Source: an uncultured Deferribacteraceae bacterium (GTDB taxonomy: Bacteria; Chrysiogenota; Deferribacteres; CAMZNJ01). Taken from it: a DNA stretch of 64,000 nt. The stretch lies in NCBI GenBank assembly GCA_947313855.1, contig CAMZNS010000035.1, forward strand, positions 2,435 through 66,434, in the 5' to 3' direction. Position numbers and translations under genes: made by a program. This document shows, in pieces, positions 38,735-48,802 of this stretch (positions are counted from its first letter, which is position 1; every line of letters begins with the position of its first letter). The notes below the pieces were generated by a model. That model ran no database searches. It saw nothing but the letters and a program-made list of their open reading frames with translations, and was not told where the DNA came from.

Positions 38735-41038
38735 ATGTCTGCAAATACTAATCGTAAGCCCTTCTTTCTACCGCCATTTTCGGCAATACTTCTCGTTCCA
38801 GTGATGCTTTTGCTGTTGGGTTGTTCCTCTGAAAAGCCGTCGGAGTCGTGCTCCATTAGTCTACTGTACAACGACTCTGTTCCGGAGTACATTGCTCCCC
38901 CCACCATAAAGCTAGACTTGAGCAGTATTAACAACAGTACCGCTAGGATAAATGGGGTGTTGACCTCGAAATCTTCTTACACCTCAAAGTACAAGGTAAC
39001 TTTTTGGGAGAATGGCGATCCGCAAACCACAAGTCTTTTGCTTAAAGGAGATGGCAAGGGCTCCCCCATTAATTTCACCATACCCGTCACCCCTGGATTT
39101 GAGTCCCTCCACCTTCAGTGGTACTCCTACTACGGTGCTGGTCTGAAAAAGTCTAGCCGTAGTGATGTTGAAACCACATCCGTGTACCGTAAGTCACTCA
39201 ACTCCAACTACTTCCTTGATGCCCTCAAGAACCCCAACAATATCTCCGATATTTTCATCAGCTACAGCCAAACCCCCGAAGTCCAAGCCGATAACGATCG
39301 TCGTGGTGCCCTAGGCATTGTTGGCGAAGCCATCGGCAACGGACTAGCATTCCTCCCCCTCAATATTGAGCTTACTCGAGATGGCTACCCCCTTGTTTAC
39401 ACCGACTTCAACGGTCAAGATTCCACCTCAACATGCCCCAACATGAACATCTCAAGGCTAACACTCAACGCTGTCGAGGGATGTACCGCTGACTACGAAT
39501 ACCCACCTACCCAACTCACAGACTACGTGGGAGCACTCATGGGTAGGGCTGTCATGGTTCTGTCTTACAACCCAAAACGCGTGAAAATCGACAAAGTCTA
39601 CGACGTACTCGCACAAGCTGAAGCCACAAACAACGTCGTCTACATGCCCAAAGGGTACAACCTGAATCGAACAGAAATAGATGCCGAACACAACAAACTC
39701 ACTGACGCTGGTGCCCAAAACCCACTCTTCATCTACAGCTACTCCATCACAACCGAAAACAACTACAACAACAATGAATACACCCTCAAACAGCTCTACA
39801 ACAATAACGACGACAACAACGACGACAATAACGAGATTCCCGACTACGTTCGTGGCATCAAACTACGCATGTCTACACCACCCAAAACCCTCGACGACTT
39901 CTTCATGGTCGATATGGTTAACAAGTTTGTACCCACCGAAAATGGACACAAACTCTACTCGTTCCTAAAAGAACTCAAAAAACACAACCTACTTGTCATC
40001 AGAGATCTGCAAGTGTTTGGCGACTACACTTCGCAAATAGCACAAGGAACATCCACCAAATACGGCATACTACGCCCAGCCATCATCAACGAATACAACC
40101 TCGGTGTCCACGCCTTCCTAACAACACAACCCGAACACCTACTGCCTGTACGAAAATTCATACTTACCCAAAACATCACAACAGGATACATCAAACCACC
40201 CAAATACAATGTACTCAACGTCAGCCTCGAACAGTCTAAAGGTATGATTGGTAGCGGCAAAATTAAAGTTACCTACGACAACCCACCACTATTCGAAGCG
40301 GGGGACAGCATCGTTGTCGAACTGCTAACCCTAGGGGGGCTACAAACATACCAACAACAACTTAGTGCCAACAGTACTGGTGGCGAAATCACCATGGATA
40401 ACCTCCAAGATAACCACGAATACCATGTCAAAATATACACGCAGGGCAACAACAGCACGTCCATACCCCTCAACCTCTTTGCATTGCCAAACATACCACA
40501 AGTTCAAGGCATCACACACAGTGTCAAAAACAGTAGCACTATCGTCCTCAATATCAACCTCGACAACATCGATAACACAAATATTTCAAAAATTATTGTT
40601 CGACCCATCAATAATCCAAACCCGTTCTCGCAAAATGCTAAAAATATCAATATCTCTAGACGATACACCGACCTGCAAACACAACTCCACAACAAACAGG
40701 TTTTCTGCTACAATATTACAACAACTAAAATCCCTGTGGAAATACTACAGGGACACGCCAAAACAATGGAAATCTACCTACTCTCCAACAACAACACACC
40801 ATCAGCACCAACAACATATCGTGCGGCAAACATACTACCCACAATCATACAGGAAGTTGACAATCCAGGGGGAATCAACTTCAACTTCTCCATCACATCC
40901 GACGAACTGATAGGTGCAGAGCTCCCTCTTTTCAACGCAAGCACAATAGGGGTGGACAACATCGACATCTACCAAGAGGGTGAACTAGGGTTTGACGATA
41001 TGCAGGAGGGTGCCGACGGGAGTTCGCTTGCTGAGTAG
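38735..41038 (+). CDS. Large lipoprotein with a degenerate GDPD-like domain
   Basis: Lipobox LLGC; IELTRDGYPLVY...ISRLTL resembles the GDPD fold; beta-rich C-terminus; start ATG 38735. Confidence 0.6.
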   Translation: MSANTNRKPFFLPPFSAILLVPVMLLLLGCSSEKPSESCSISLLYNDSVPEYIAPPTIKLDLSSINNSTARINGVLTSKSSYTSKYKVTFWENGDPQTTSLLLKGDGKGSPINFTIPVTPGFESLHLQWYSYYGAGLKKSSRSDVETTSVYRKSLNSNYFLDALKNPNNISDIFISYSQTPEVQADNDRRGALGIVGEAIGNGLAFLPLNIELTRDGYPLVYTDFNGQDSTSTCPNMNISRLTLNAVEGCTADYEYPPTQLTDYVGALMGRAVMVLSYNPKRVKIDKVYDVLAQAEATNNVVYMPKGYNLNRTEIDAEHNKLTDAGAQNPLFIYSYSITTENNYNNNEYTLKQLYNNNDDNNDDNNEIPDYVRGIKLRMSTPPKTLDDFFMVDMVNKFVPTENGHKLYSFLKELKKHNLLVIRDLQVFGDYTSQIAQGTSTKYGILRPAIINEYNLGVHAFLTTQPEHLLPVRKFILTQNITTGYIKPPKYNVLNVSLEQSKGMIGSGKIKVTYDNPPLFEAGDSIVVELLTLGGLQTYQQQLSANSTGGEITMDNLQDNHEYHVKIYTQGNNSTSIPLNLFALPNIPQVQGITHSVKNSSTIVLNINLDNIDNTNISKIIVRPINNPNPFSQNAKNINISRRYTDLQTQLHNKQVFCYNITTTKIPVEILQGHAKTMEIYLLSNNNTPSAPTTYRAANILPTIIQEVDNPGGINFNFSITSDELIGAELPLFNASTIGVDNIDIYQEGELGFDDMQEGADGSSLAE

Positions 41039-41094
41039 GGCGTAGCCGCGTAGCCGAGGGGCAATGGCGGTGGCGTTGCGAGCGTTGTTCGCGT

Positions 41095-41133
41095 TGCGGG
41101 CATGGTTCGAGGTGCGGGCATGGTTCGAGGTGC
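41095..41133. repeat. 18-bp tandem duplication
   Basis: TGCGGGCATGGTTCGAGG x2. Confidence 0.85.
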
Positions 41134-41139
41134 ACACAC

Positions 41140-41200
41140 AAAAAAAGCCAGCACACACCACAATACTCAACAAATGTGAGTATTGCAGTAGATACTGGCC
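41140..41200 (-). terminator. Probable terminator of the rplM-rpsI transcript
   Basis: GCCAG/CTGGC and CAATACTCA/TGAGTATTG stems with T-run on the minus strand. Confidence 0.6.
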
Positions 41201-41236
41201 ACTTGAGTCGCAATTGCGTCCCAAATTGTCCAATGC

Positions 41237-41626
41237 TTAACGCTTGGAGTACTGATCCTTCTTGCGGGCTTTAGGTTGCCCAGTTTTCTTACGTTCAACC
41301 ATTCTGGAGTCGCGAGTTAGTAATCCTTCTTTTTTGAGTGCGGGTCTTAGTTCTGCATCGAACTCTAGCAACGCACGTGAGAGTCCGTGTGAAAGAGCAC
41401 CAGCTTGTCCAGATTTCCCTCCACCTTTGATTGTTGCCATGATATCGAATTTCGATTCAGCACCGACTATTGCCAATGGTTTGAGAGCCAGTTGGTTGAG
41501 TGTTGCACTGTCGAAGTAGTCTTTGGAGAGGGAAGAGTTTACCACTACTTTACCTGTTCCAGCTTTTAGAAATACACGGGCTACAGAGGTTTTTCTGCGT
41601 CCTGTGCCATAAAAATAGTTAGACAT
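41237..41626 (-). CDS. rpsI: 30S ribosomal protein S9
   Basis: GTGRRKTSVARV, C-terminal QYSKR. Confidence 0.98.
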   Translation of the reverse strand: MSNYFYGTGRRKTSVARVFLKAGTGKVVVNSSLSKDYFDSATLNQLALKPLAIVGAESKFDIMATIKGGGKSGQAGALSHGLSRALLEFDAELRPALKKEGLLTRDSRMVERKKTGQPKARKKDQYSKR

Positions 41627-41641
41627 ACCTATCTCCTTGTA

Positions 41642-42070
41642 TTATAGTTCTATTTTTTTTGGTTGTTGAGCTTCGTGCGGATGAGTTTCGCCGCTGTAGA
41701 CTTTGAGTTTGTCTAGCATTTGGCGTCCCAGTTTATTTTTGGGTAGCATCCTTCTCACAGCTAGTTTGATAACCTCTTCAGGTTTATCTTTGTTCATAAC
41801 CTTGAGTGTAGTTTCTTTTAGTCCACCCATGTAACCTGAGTGTCTGTAGTATATTTTGGAGTCTTTTTTGCTTCCGCTGAACTGTATTTTTTCAGCGTTA
41901 ACAACGACGATGTAGTCTCCGGTGTCGATAAAGGGTGTGTACCCCGGTTTGTGTTTTCCCATGAGGTAAACAGCGATTTCACTAGCAAGTCTGCCCAAGC
42001 GATAGCTTGAAGCATCTACTAGGAACCAGCTCTGTTCTAGGTCCTTTGGGGTTGTCCATGTTGTTTTCAT
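41642..42070 (-). CDS. rplM: 50S ribosomal protein L13
   Basis: LGRLAS, GKHKP, YYRHSGYMGGLK, HPHEAQ; start ATG 42070. Confidence 0.98.
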   Translation of the reverse strand: MKTTWTTPKDLEQSWFLVDASSYRLGRLASEIAVYLMGKHKPGYTPFIDTGDYIVVVNAEKIQFSGSKKDSKIYYRHSGYMGGLKETTLKVMNKDKPEEVIKLAVRRMLPKNKLGRQMLDKLKVYSGETHPHEAQQPKKIEL

Positions 42071-42140
42071 AGTAGTCATCCTCAAAAAGTATCAATTTCA
42101 GTAATAGTCGCCTACTCTAAGTCGAGTAATGCATTTTCGA

Positions 42141-42488
42141 TTATTTACGTTCTTTAATCCGTGCAGCTTTACCTCTGAGAGCCCTCATGTAGTAAATGCG
42201 TGACTGCCTTACTTTACCTGTACGAACAACTTCGATGTTGCTGATAAAGGGTGAGTGGTAGGGGAATATCCTTTCCACGCCGATGTCTGCAACAACTTTT
42301 CTAACGGTAAACGTTTGATTTGCCGTGCCTTTTTTAAATCGGATGCACAAGCCTTCGAAAACCTGAACACGCTCTTTAGCACCCTCTTTAATTTTGTAGT
42401 GAACCCTTAGGGTATCACCAGTACGAAATTCGGGCCACTGTGCGACAGCTGTAAGCTTGTCAGCAACCTCTAATAGTTGGTTTTTCAT
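42141..42488 (-). CDS. rplS: 50S ribosomal protein L19
   Basis: [24 protein letters not shown]. Confidence 0.98.
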   Translation of the reverse strand: MKNQLLEVADKLTAVAQWPEFRTGDTLRVHYKIKEGAKERVQVFEGLCIRFKKGTANQTFTVRKVVADIGVERIFPYHSPFISNIEVVRTGKVRQSRIYYMRALRGKAARIKERK

Positions 42489-42529
42489 ACCAAATCACTC
42501 CTCACAAATATATTAAAATATCTACTAAA

Positions 42530-43804
42530 CTAAAAATTTACAAATCTATCAAGCATAATGGCAACGGCACTACGAACCGACAAGTGGTTGTAAGTTCCGC
42601 GTCCATTAATGGGTGACGCTACTGCATCAGACATCTGAAAGACACTTTCGTGAAACCCCCACCCTGTGCCGAATAGAAGCAGTACAGGTGCGTCAGCGTC
42701 GTGGGCATCACAAACAATTTCGTAGGGTGCTTTAAAGTCGTAATCGCCACTAGCTGTAGTGAGTACGATAAAAGGTTTTTTCCCTGTGGCGGTGCGAATA
42801 TGTGCGATACATTCGAACAGCGACGAGACAACATCGGTTCGTTCAAATGCTTCGCTTCTGTTGGCATTGTATGCCAATCCCGCCCCCTCCTTCCAATGTT
42901 TTGTCACACGCATGGCAACCTCTTGTTGAGGTGCTTGCGGGTTTATGATAAAATATCTACTTACGTCAAACGTCATGCAACTACGCGAGATATCGTGTAT
43001 GTCCATGTTGGTCAAGGACGTTCCAACGATGTCGCCACGTTTGTCCACCATGGGATAATGCATCAATCCTACGTAAATGTCCAGCTTTTCGGTCAAATCC
43101 CTTCCACGTTGACGAATGAGATCGGGTCGTTGTTTCCGAGTAACACTCTTTTGCATCTCCCCTTTCCAGGCGTCAATCAGCAAGGGGTTCCCGCTTTTCA
43201 AAACATCAGGAACAGCCAGCCCACGAAACGTCCAAGGTCGTGTGTAGTGTGGTTGTTCCAGCATATTGTTGCTAAACGAGTCTTCAACGGCAGACATTTC
43301 ATCACCGAGAACACCACTTTTGTGTCGAGCAATGCTTTCGATGGCAACCATGGCAGCGATCTCGCCACCTGTGAGAATAAAGTCGCCAATGCTAAGTGTT
43401 TCGTCAATTACGAGATCGTATGCTCGTTCGTCCAGTCCTTCATAGCGTCCGCAGATGAAGGTTATGGATTCGTAGTCGCCGTTTTGCAGGCTACCAGCAT
43501 AGTCTTGTGCCACCTTAGCAGTGAGAACCTTGCCACGTGGGTCAAGCATTATTGTGCGGGTTTTTTCCACACTGTTAATACTTTCCACAGCAAGAACCAC
43601 AGGTTCCACCTTCATTACCAAGCCGTGACCGCCGCCGTATGGGTAGTCGTCTGTAGAGCGGTGTTTGTCGTTGGCGAAGCTCCGTATATCCACTGGTTTA
43701 ACAGCGATATCGCCTTTTAGGATACTTTTGGCAACAACACCCTGTCCGTCTTGGTAAGCTCTTTCAAACATCTTGGGGAAAATTGTAAGTACGTTAAATT
43801 TCAT
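42530..43804 (-). CDS. trmD: tRNA m1G37 methyltransferase fused to a C-terminal TM1570/DUF2168-like SPOUT domain
   Basis: DDYPYGGG, CGRYEG, SIGDFILTGGE; then HYPMVD...TNMDIHDISR, LFGTGWG, YNHLSVRSA. Confidence 0.95.
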   Translation of the reverse strand: MKFNVLTIFPKMFERAYQDGQGVVAKSILKGDIAVKPVDIRSFANDKHRSTDDYPYGGGHGLVMKVEPVVLAVESINSVEKTRTIMLDPRGKVLTAKVAQDYAGSLQNGDYESITFICGRYEGLDERAYDLVIDETLSIGDFILTGGEIAAMVAIESIARHKSGVLGDEMSAVEDSFSNNMLEQPHYTRPWTFRGLAVPDVLKSGNPLLIDAWKGEMQKSVTRKQRPDLIRQRGRDLTEKLDIYVGLMHYPMVDKRGDIVGTSLTNMDIHDISRSCMTFDVSRYFIINPQAPQQEVAMRVTKHWKEGAGLAYNANRSEAFERTDVVSSLFECIAHIRTATGKKPFIVLTTASGDYDFKAPYEIVCDAHDADAPVLLLFGTGWGFHESVFQMSDAVASPINGRGTYNHLSVRSAVAIMLDRFVNF

Positions 43805-44309
43805 TCTCAGCAATCAATCCCTCTTTGTTGATGACAAAAACCTTATTTGCTTTGTCGAAGCTTAGTACATGTGCTTCGTTGTCGGCAATTAGGTATCTGT
43901 CGCCCATTGGAGCTTCGATGATAAATATATCCGCTGCTGGCGAATCCATGTAATCTACCAAAGTGCCAACGAGTACGCCCTCTTCGTCGATCATTCGCGA
44001 GCCTTTTACATCCTTCCAAGACAGTCCGGGGTCAACGTCGGGTAGTGCCTCTTCGGGGTAGTAAACGTCACACCCTTTTAGTGTTATGGCATCCTCGACG
44101 GAGTCCACAGAGGGTGAGTCGACTAAGTATCTCCCCTTATGGGGGCTGATGCTACGTATCTTTACAGATCGGAACAGCTCACCCCCCTTGTATATTACCA
44201 TGTAGTCTAAAGATTTCACTTCGGACTCGTAAAGGGGATCGGGTAAAAATAAAAAGTTCCCTTTTAGTGAATGGGTTCCAGTAATTTTGCCGATAAGTGT
44301 TAGTTTCAA
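43794..44309 (-). CDS. rimM: Ribosome maturation factor RimM
   Basis: IGKITGTHSLKG; position in rpsP-khpA-rimM-trmD-rplS. Confidence 0.9.
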   Translation of the reverse strand: MKLTLIGKITGTHSLKGNFLFLPDPLYESEVKSLDYMVIYKGGELFRSVKIRSISPHKGRYLVDSPSVDSVEDAITLKGCDVYYPEEALPDVDPGLSWKDVKGSRMIDEEGVLVGTLVDYMDSPAADIFIIEAPMGDRYLIADNEAHVLSFDKANKVFVINKEGLIAENEI

Positions 44310-44312
44310 GCT

Positions 44313-44552
44313 CTACTCAGCCTCCGAAATCTCCAAACGGTTGTCTATACCGTCCTTGATGCTTGCAGCTGCAAGGATGGTTCTGATAGATTTCGCCGTA
44401 CGCCCTTGTCTACCGATAACTTTCCCCAGTTCTTCCTGTGGAACCTGAAGTTTAATGGTATTCTTACCAGGTTCAACCTCCACAGTGGAGATAACGATCT
44501 TCGATTTGTCTTCTACGATAGCCTCAGCTATATACCTTACCAATTGTTCCAT
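44313..44552 (-). CDS. khpA: KH-domain RNA-binding protein KhpA
   Basis: GKVIGRQGRTAKSIRT; follows rpsP. Confidence 0.92.
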   Translation of the reverse strand: MEQLVRYIAEAIVEDKSKIVISTVEVEPGKNTIKLQVPQEELGKVIGRQGRTAKSIRTILAAASIKDGIDNRLEISEAE

Positions 44553-44675
44553 GGGTAACCTCCGCTTAATAAACTACTATCCATATATAATTTATAGTAA
44601 TATTAGCAATCCAGTGAGCCGAGTGTGTCTAGGTTGAGTTCCCAGAGTTCTTGGCTCATTAAATCAATCGTACAA

Positions 44676-44975
44676 CTAAACTAGCTTGCTTCCTTCTTTA
44701 GAGGATGTGTGTTTTTGAGTATGAAGTTTCTCAATGACACCATGCTTCGACAGAATATTTTTCACTGTATCGGTGGGTAAAGCACCACGCCCAAGCCATA
44801 GGAGTGCTTTTGCTTCATCAACCTTTACGGGGTCTTTGGTTGTCATGGGGTCGTAATACCCGATGGATTCAATGTAGCTTCCGCTACGACTTCTTGTTCT
44901 ACTGTCAACTACAACCATGCGATAAAATGGTCTTTTTTTTCTGCCCATTCTGAGCAAACGAATTTTTACAGCCAT
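44676..44975 (-). CDS. rpsP: 30S ribosomal protein S16
   Basis: MAVKIRLLRMGRKKRPFYR. Confidence 0.98.
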   Translation of the reverse strand: MAVKIRLLRMGRKKRPFYRMVVVDSRTRSRSGSYIESIGYYDPMTTKDPVKVDEAKALLWLGRGALPTDTVKNILSKHGVIEKLHTQKHTSSKEGSKLV

Positions 44976-44998
44976 GTTTTCTCCTTATTCATAGTACT

Positions 44999-46792
44999 TT
45001 ATGGTTTTATAAATTTATTTAGGTCGTTCAGGTTTAAGTCATTTAAATTCAGGTCGTTCAGGTTTAGGTTATTCAGGTTTTTGGGTAGTGTTAGTCCGCC
45101 TAGTTCCTGCATATTTCCCGGTTTTGGGTGGTTATTTTTTTGTCGCCTACCTTTTTTCTTTCCCATGGGTTTACCTTTGCCCCGTTTGGATAGTCCGGCA
45201 ACAGCGGGCGACATGGTTTTCATCATTTTGTTCATGGCAAGGAGCTGTTCTACGAGGCGGTTGATTTCAGACACCTTGACACCAGAGCCTTTGGCAATGC
45301 GTCTTCTTCGCGATCCGTTTAGGATTTTGTGATCACTGCGTTCTTCGGGTGTCATGGACTGAATAATGGCTTCGGTAGTTTTCAGTCGTTTTTTTGCTTC
45401 GGGGGAAGCAGCCATTTTGCTAGCTTCAGCCATGGCACCGCCCCCCATTCCGGGCAGTAGTTTCATCATGGATGCCACACCACCCATCTTACGCATGGTT
45501 TTCATTTGTGTCAATAGGTCATTGAAATTCATGCCACTACTAATAATACGTTGGGCATCTTTTTCGTCAGGTGCACCTTGAACGCTCTGAACTTTATCTG
45601 CTAAACTAAGGAGATCGCCACGCCCTAGAAGTCTGTCTACAAGTCGTTCTGCATGGAAGACCGAGATATCTTCGATCCGCTCGCCATCGCTTATGTAGAA
45701 TATGGGAACACCGGTGACGTAATTGATGGACAGGGCGATACCCCCTTTGGCATCGCTGTCGGATTTGGATAGCACCACGCCTGAAACGCCAACAGCATCG
45801 TTAAACACTGTTGCCACTTCGACACCACGCTGTCCGAGCATGGCATCAGCCACAAGGATGTGGTAATCCAGTTGGGGCAAGGTTTTCACCATGTGGTCAA
45901 GTTCGTCCATTAGTTCTTTATCGGCATGGGTACGTCCTGCGGTGTCGATGACAACAACCTTGTAGGCGTTGTCTTTGGCGTACTTCAAGCCTTCCAATGC
46001 TATATTGGTAGATAGGTATTCTTGGTTATGGGGTGTGTTTTGTGCCCCGTTTTCCGAGGGTGATGGGAGTGTGAAGAAGCCTGCTCCAACGCGTTCGGAA
46101 AGTATTCGCAGCTGCTCACGTGCTGCGGGGCGATGAGTGTCACACCCGACAAGTAGGACGTCCTTTGCGTCGATGGGTGCTGAGTCGCTATTGTTTAGCA
46201 GTGACGGTGTCGAGAGTATGTGTGCTATCTTCCCAGCGGCTGTGGTTTTGCCACTACCTTGGAGCCCGAGGAGGAGTATTGTTGTGGGATCGGAGCCCTC
46301 TTGGGGCACGACAACGCCACGGGCACCAGCAACACCGGTCGCACCAGCAACACCACGGGCACCACCATGACTCTCAGCACCGCTAAGCAGTTTCAGTAGC
46401 TCTTCACGAAAGACCGCGATGAACTGTTGTTCGAGGGAGGATGACGACGATGCAAGGTGTTGGGGGTTTTTTGTTGCACCTTGGGGGTGAAGGGTGATTT
46501 TGGAGGATAGTTTGTCTAACTGAGGCGACGACGTGGAACCGTCAGCGTCATTGCGTGGCGACGACGCGGAGCCATCGACGCCATCATGGGATGACGACGC
46601 AGACAATGCAGCGTTAATTCGTTCCTCAATATTTAGTGTTAGTGCTTTTACAACGTTGTAATTGACGTCGGCTTCAAGTAAAGCTTTTCGAACTTCACTT
46701 ACAGCTTGACGCAGGGTGTCTTCAGACAACCTTTGAGCACTTCCTATGGTAGAAAAGGCGTTAGAAAGCCTTTTTCCAAGTGTCGCAAACAT
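44999..46792 (-). CDS. ffh: Signal recognition particle protein with multiple insertions
   Basis: ALLEADV, GLQGSGKTT, RPAA, DTAGR, IQSMTPEER, SRRRRIAKGSG. Confidence 0.95.
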   Translation of the reverse strand: MFATLGKRLSNAFSTIGSAQRLSEDTLRQAVSEVRKALLEADVNYNVVKALTLNIEERINAALSASSSHDGVDGSASSPRNDADGSTSSPQLDKLSSKITLHPQGATKNPQHLASSSSSLEQQFIAVFREELLKLLSGAESHGGARGVAGATGVAGARGVVVPQEGSDPTTILLLGLQGSGKTTAAGKIAHILSTPSLLNNSDSAPIDAKDVLLVGCDTHRPAAREQLRILSERVGAGFFTLPSPSENGAQNTPHNQEYLSTNIALEGLKYAKDNAYKVVVIDTAGRTHADKELMDELDHMVKTLPQLDYHILVADAMLGQRGVEVATVFNDAVGVSGVVLSKSDSDAKGGIALSINYVTGVPIFYISDGERIEDISVFHAERLVDRLLGRGDLLSLADKVQSVQGAPDEKDAQRIISSGMNFNDLLTQMKTMRKMGGVASMMKLLPGMGGGAMAEASKMAASPEAKKRLKTTEAIIQSMTPEERSDHKILNGSRRRRIAKGSGVKVSEINRLVEQLLAMNKMMKTMSPAVAGLSKRGKGKPMGKKKGRRQKNNHPKPGNMQELGGLTLPKNLNNLNLNDLNLNDLNLNDLNKFIKP

Positions 46793-47224
46793 AACAAACC
46801 TCTAACCAAGAACTGCTGACCAACACAGCAATCATACCATTTAACACAGCAATCATACTATTTAATACAGCAACTAGTTGAATATTCGTACCCACCACTA
46901 CTTAAACATACTCTATTGAAAATAGAACTATAAGTAGGAGCAATACATCAATATCTCAACGCAATCCACGGCGACAATATTCAAATTTAAGGAATTGTAG
47001 CATTGTGACGCATTTGTTGTCAAGTAAAAGTTTGAAAATAACGAATAACTCACAATCAACAACAAAAGTACTTTGACGGATTGTGTCATAATCTAGTCGT
47101 AAGAAAGTAAATTTTAATACTTTACAATACTAATATTAAGGTATATTATGGCGAGAATAGGGAGTAATGGAAAGATGGACACCCATAAACTTACAAGCAC
47201 TGATTTTACAAGACAATAGCGTAG

Positions 47225-47290
47225 ACAGCTTGTGCCGATGTGAACAACTCATGTTGCACAGCTTTTGCCGATGTGAACAACTCATGTTGC
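47225..47290. repeat. 33-bp tandem duplication in intergenic DNA
   Basis: ACAGCTT(G/T)TGCCGATGTGAACAACTCATGTTGC at 47225 and 47258. Confidence 0.9.
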
Positions 47291-47432
47291 ACCCTAGATA
47301 GCTCTAAGCTCTAAGCTCTCTGCTCTCTATCGCTATTGCTTGGACTAAAATAACTTGCACTATTTTTACCCTTCGCCTTGCCAGTAGTAGTACTATTAAT
47401 GTCATTCGAGAGTGATCAAATAGGAGTGGATT

Positions 47433-48773
47433 GTGTCAATAGTTAAGCCCCTAAAGGCAAGTATATATAATGTTGAAAAAGTGTTGCTCAAAAGAGCCAT
47501 TTTCGACCCAACACAAATATACCTCGAAGTGGACAGAGGAAACCTCAGCGAGTACAGCATACTCAATATCTACAACACAAACGCTGAACCTAATGATGGC
47601 AACCACGACAGTGAAGAAGCAGAAAATCCTAACTGCGTCTACACCAAATGGCTAACTAACGGCAAACTCATCAACATCAACAAACCCGCATTCTACCTCC
47701 TCGACAGAGTCTTAACATACCCCGACGGATCCGTACGCTCACTCTCTTGCGTGGTCGGACTCATAAACATACACAAACAACAACTTAACCTTGTCGAACG
47801 AAAAAACCGAAGTGCAATCAACCGTCGACTCACAAAAACAAAGCAAGTCGGTGAAAACATACGTGCACTGCAAGTCGGATACCTCAACGACTCACACCTC
47901 GAAACCGAAATACTCGACAAAGTCAAAACCGAAATACCACACCTATGCCTATCCACTGGCAAAGACACTAAACTGCAAGTGTCGCTATGGCAAATACCCG
48001 ACGAATACAACGACACCATCTCAAAATTTTACAAAAATATCGACCTCACCGTAATGCAAGATACTACAAACTTCTACACCATGAGAGAGTACAAAGATGC
48101 TCTAAGGGACGCACACGGGGATCACCAAGATGATACCAAAACATACGACTACTCCCTCGCCGTTATCACAAATATACAACACCAAGCAGGGGCACTGCAA
48201 ATGTACATCAAAGCTGTGCACAAAAAATACATCGACCTAAACAAACTCAATCAAGATCTACAAAACAACTTTACCAAAGTAGACACAGAAAATACAACAA
48301 CAGACGACAAAGCAAACTTTACACTGCAAATAAATGGCGAAAAAGTTGCATACAGACTCAAACACAACGACGGGGTTACCAACGACAGTGTTGCCAGTGA
48401 CAGTGTTGCCAGTGACGGTGTTGCCAGTGACGGTGTTACTAGCAACGACAAGACCACTGATGACGGTATCGTCAGAAACTGCTACCTCTACGAAGAGCTC
48501 ATACTCAACAACTGCACCCTAGCACCCAACTTCAACACCGATACCGACATTATATCAATACCCCACCACAGTCGCCTCAGCACAATGTTGCAAGATAATT
48601 CTGACGACTACGTAATATTCTATCCTTGCAAGTTGTCCCACGACGAGGAGATGCGTATTATTCAGGGAACGCACATCTACCCGCACAAAACATTTTTCAT
48701 GGATCCGCCAATATTTGATGGCTTGCTTATCAACGATATTACTCCGCACACGCCTAAACGTCCACAGAGTTAG
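47433..48773 (+). CDS. Divergent DUF1015-like protein
   Basis: N-terminal IVKPLKASIYN and C-terminal PHKTFFMDPPIFDGLLI resemble DUF1015 termini; AGGAG RBS. Confidence 0.6.
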   Translation: MSIVKPLKASIYNVEKVLLKRAIFDPTQIYLEVDRGNLSEYSILNIYNTNAEPNDGNHDSEEAENPNCVYTKWLTNGKLININKPAFYLLDRVLTYPDGSVRSLSCVVGLINIHKQQLNLVERKNRSAINRRLTKTKQVGENIRALQVGYLNDSHLETEILDKVKTEIPHLCLSTGKDTKLQVSLWQIPDEYNDTISKFYKNIDLTVMQDTTNFYTMREYKDALRDAHGDHQDDTKTYDYSLAVITNIQHQAGALQMYIKAVHKKYIDLNKLNQDLQNNFTKVDTENTTTDDKANFTLQINGEKVAYRLKHNDGVTNDSVASDSVASDGVASDGVTSNDKTTDDGIVRNCYLYEELILNNCTLAPNFNTDTDIISIPHHSRLSTMLQDNSDDYVIFYPCKLSHDEEMRIIQGTHIYPHKTFFMDPPIFDGLLINDITPHTPKRPQS

Positions 48774-48802
48774 CGTGGGGGGGGGGTGCGGTTCACGGTT
48801 TG

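Noticed and set aside
42701-43720. 339-aa plus-strand ORF
   Set aside because: Antisense shadow of trmD with no recognisable motifs.
46793-47432. SRP RNA or another known ncRNA next to ffh
   Set aside because: No SRP domain IV motif was seen; only short tandem duplications and AT-rich promoter-like DNA.
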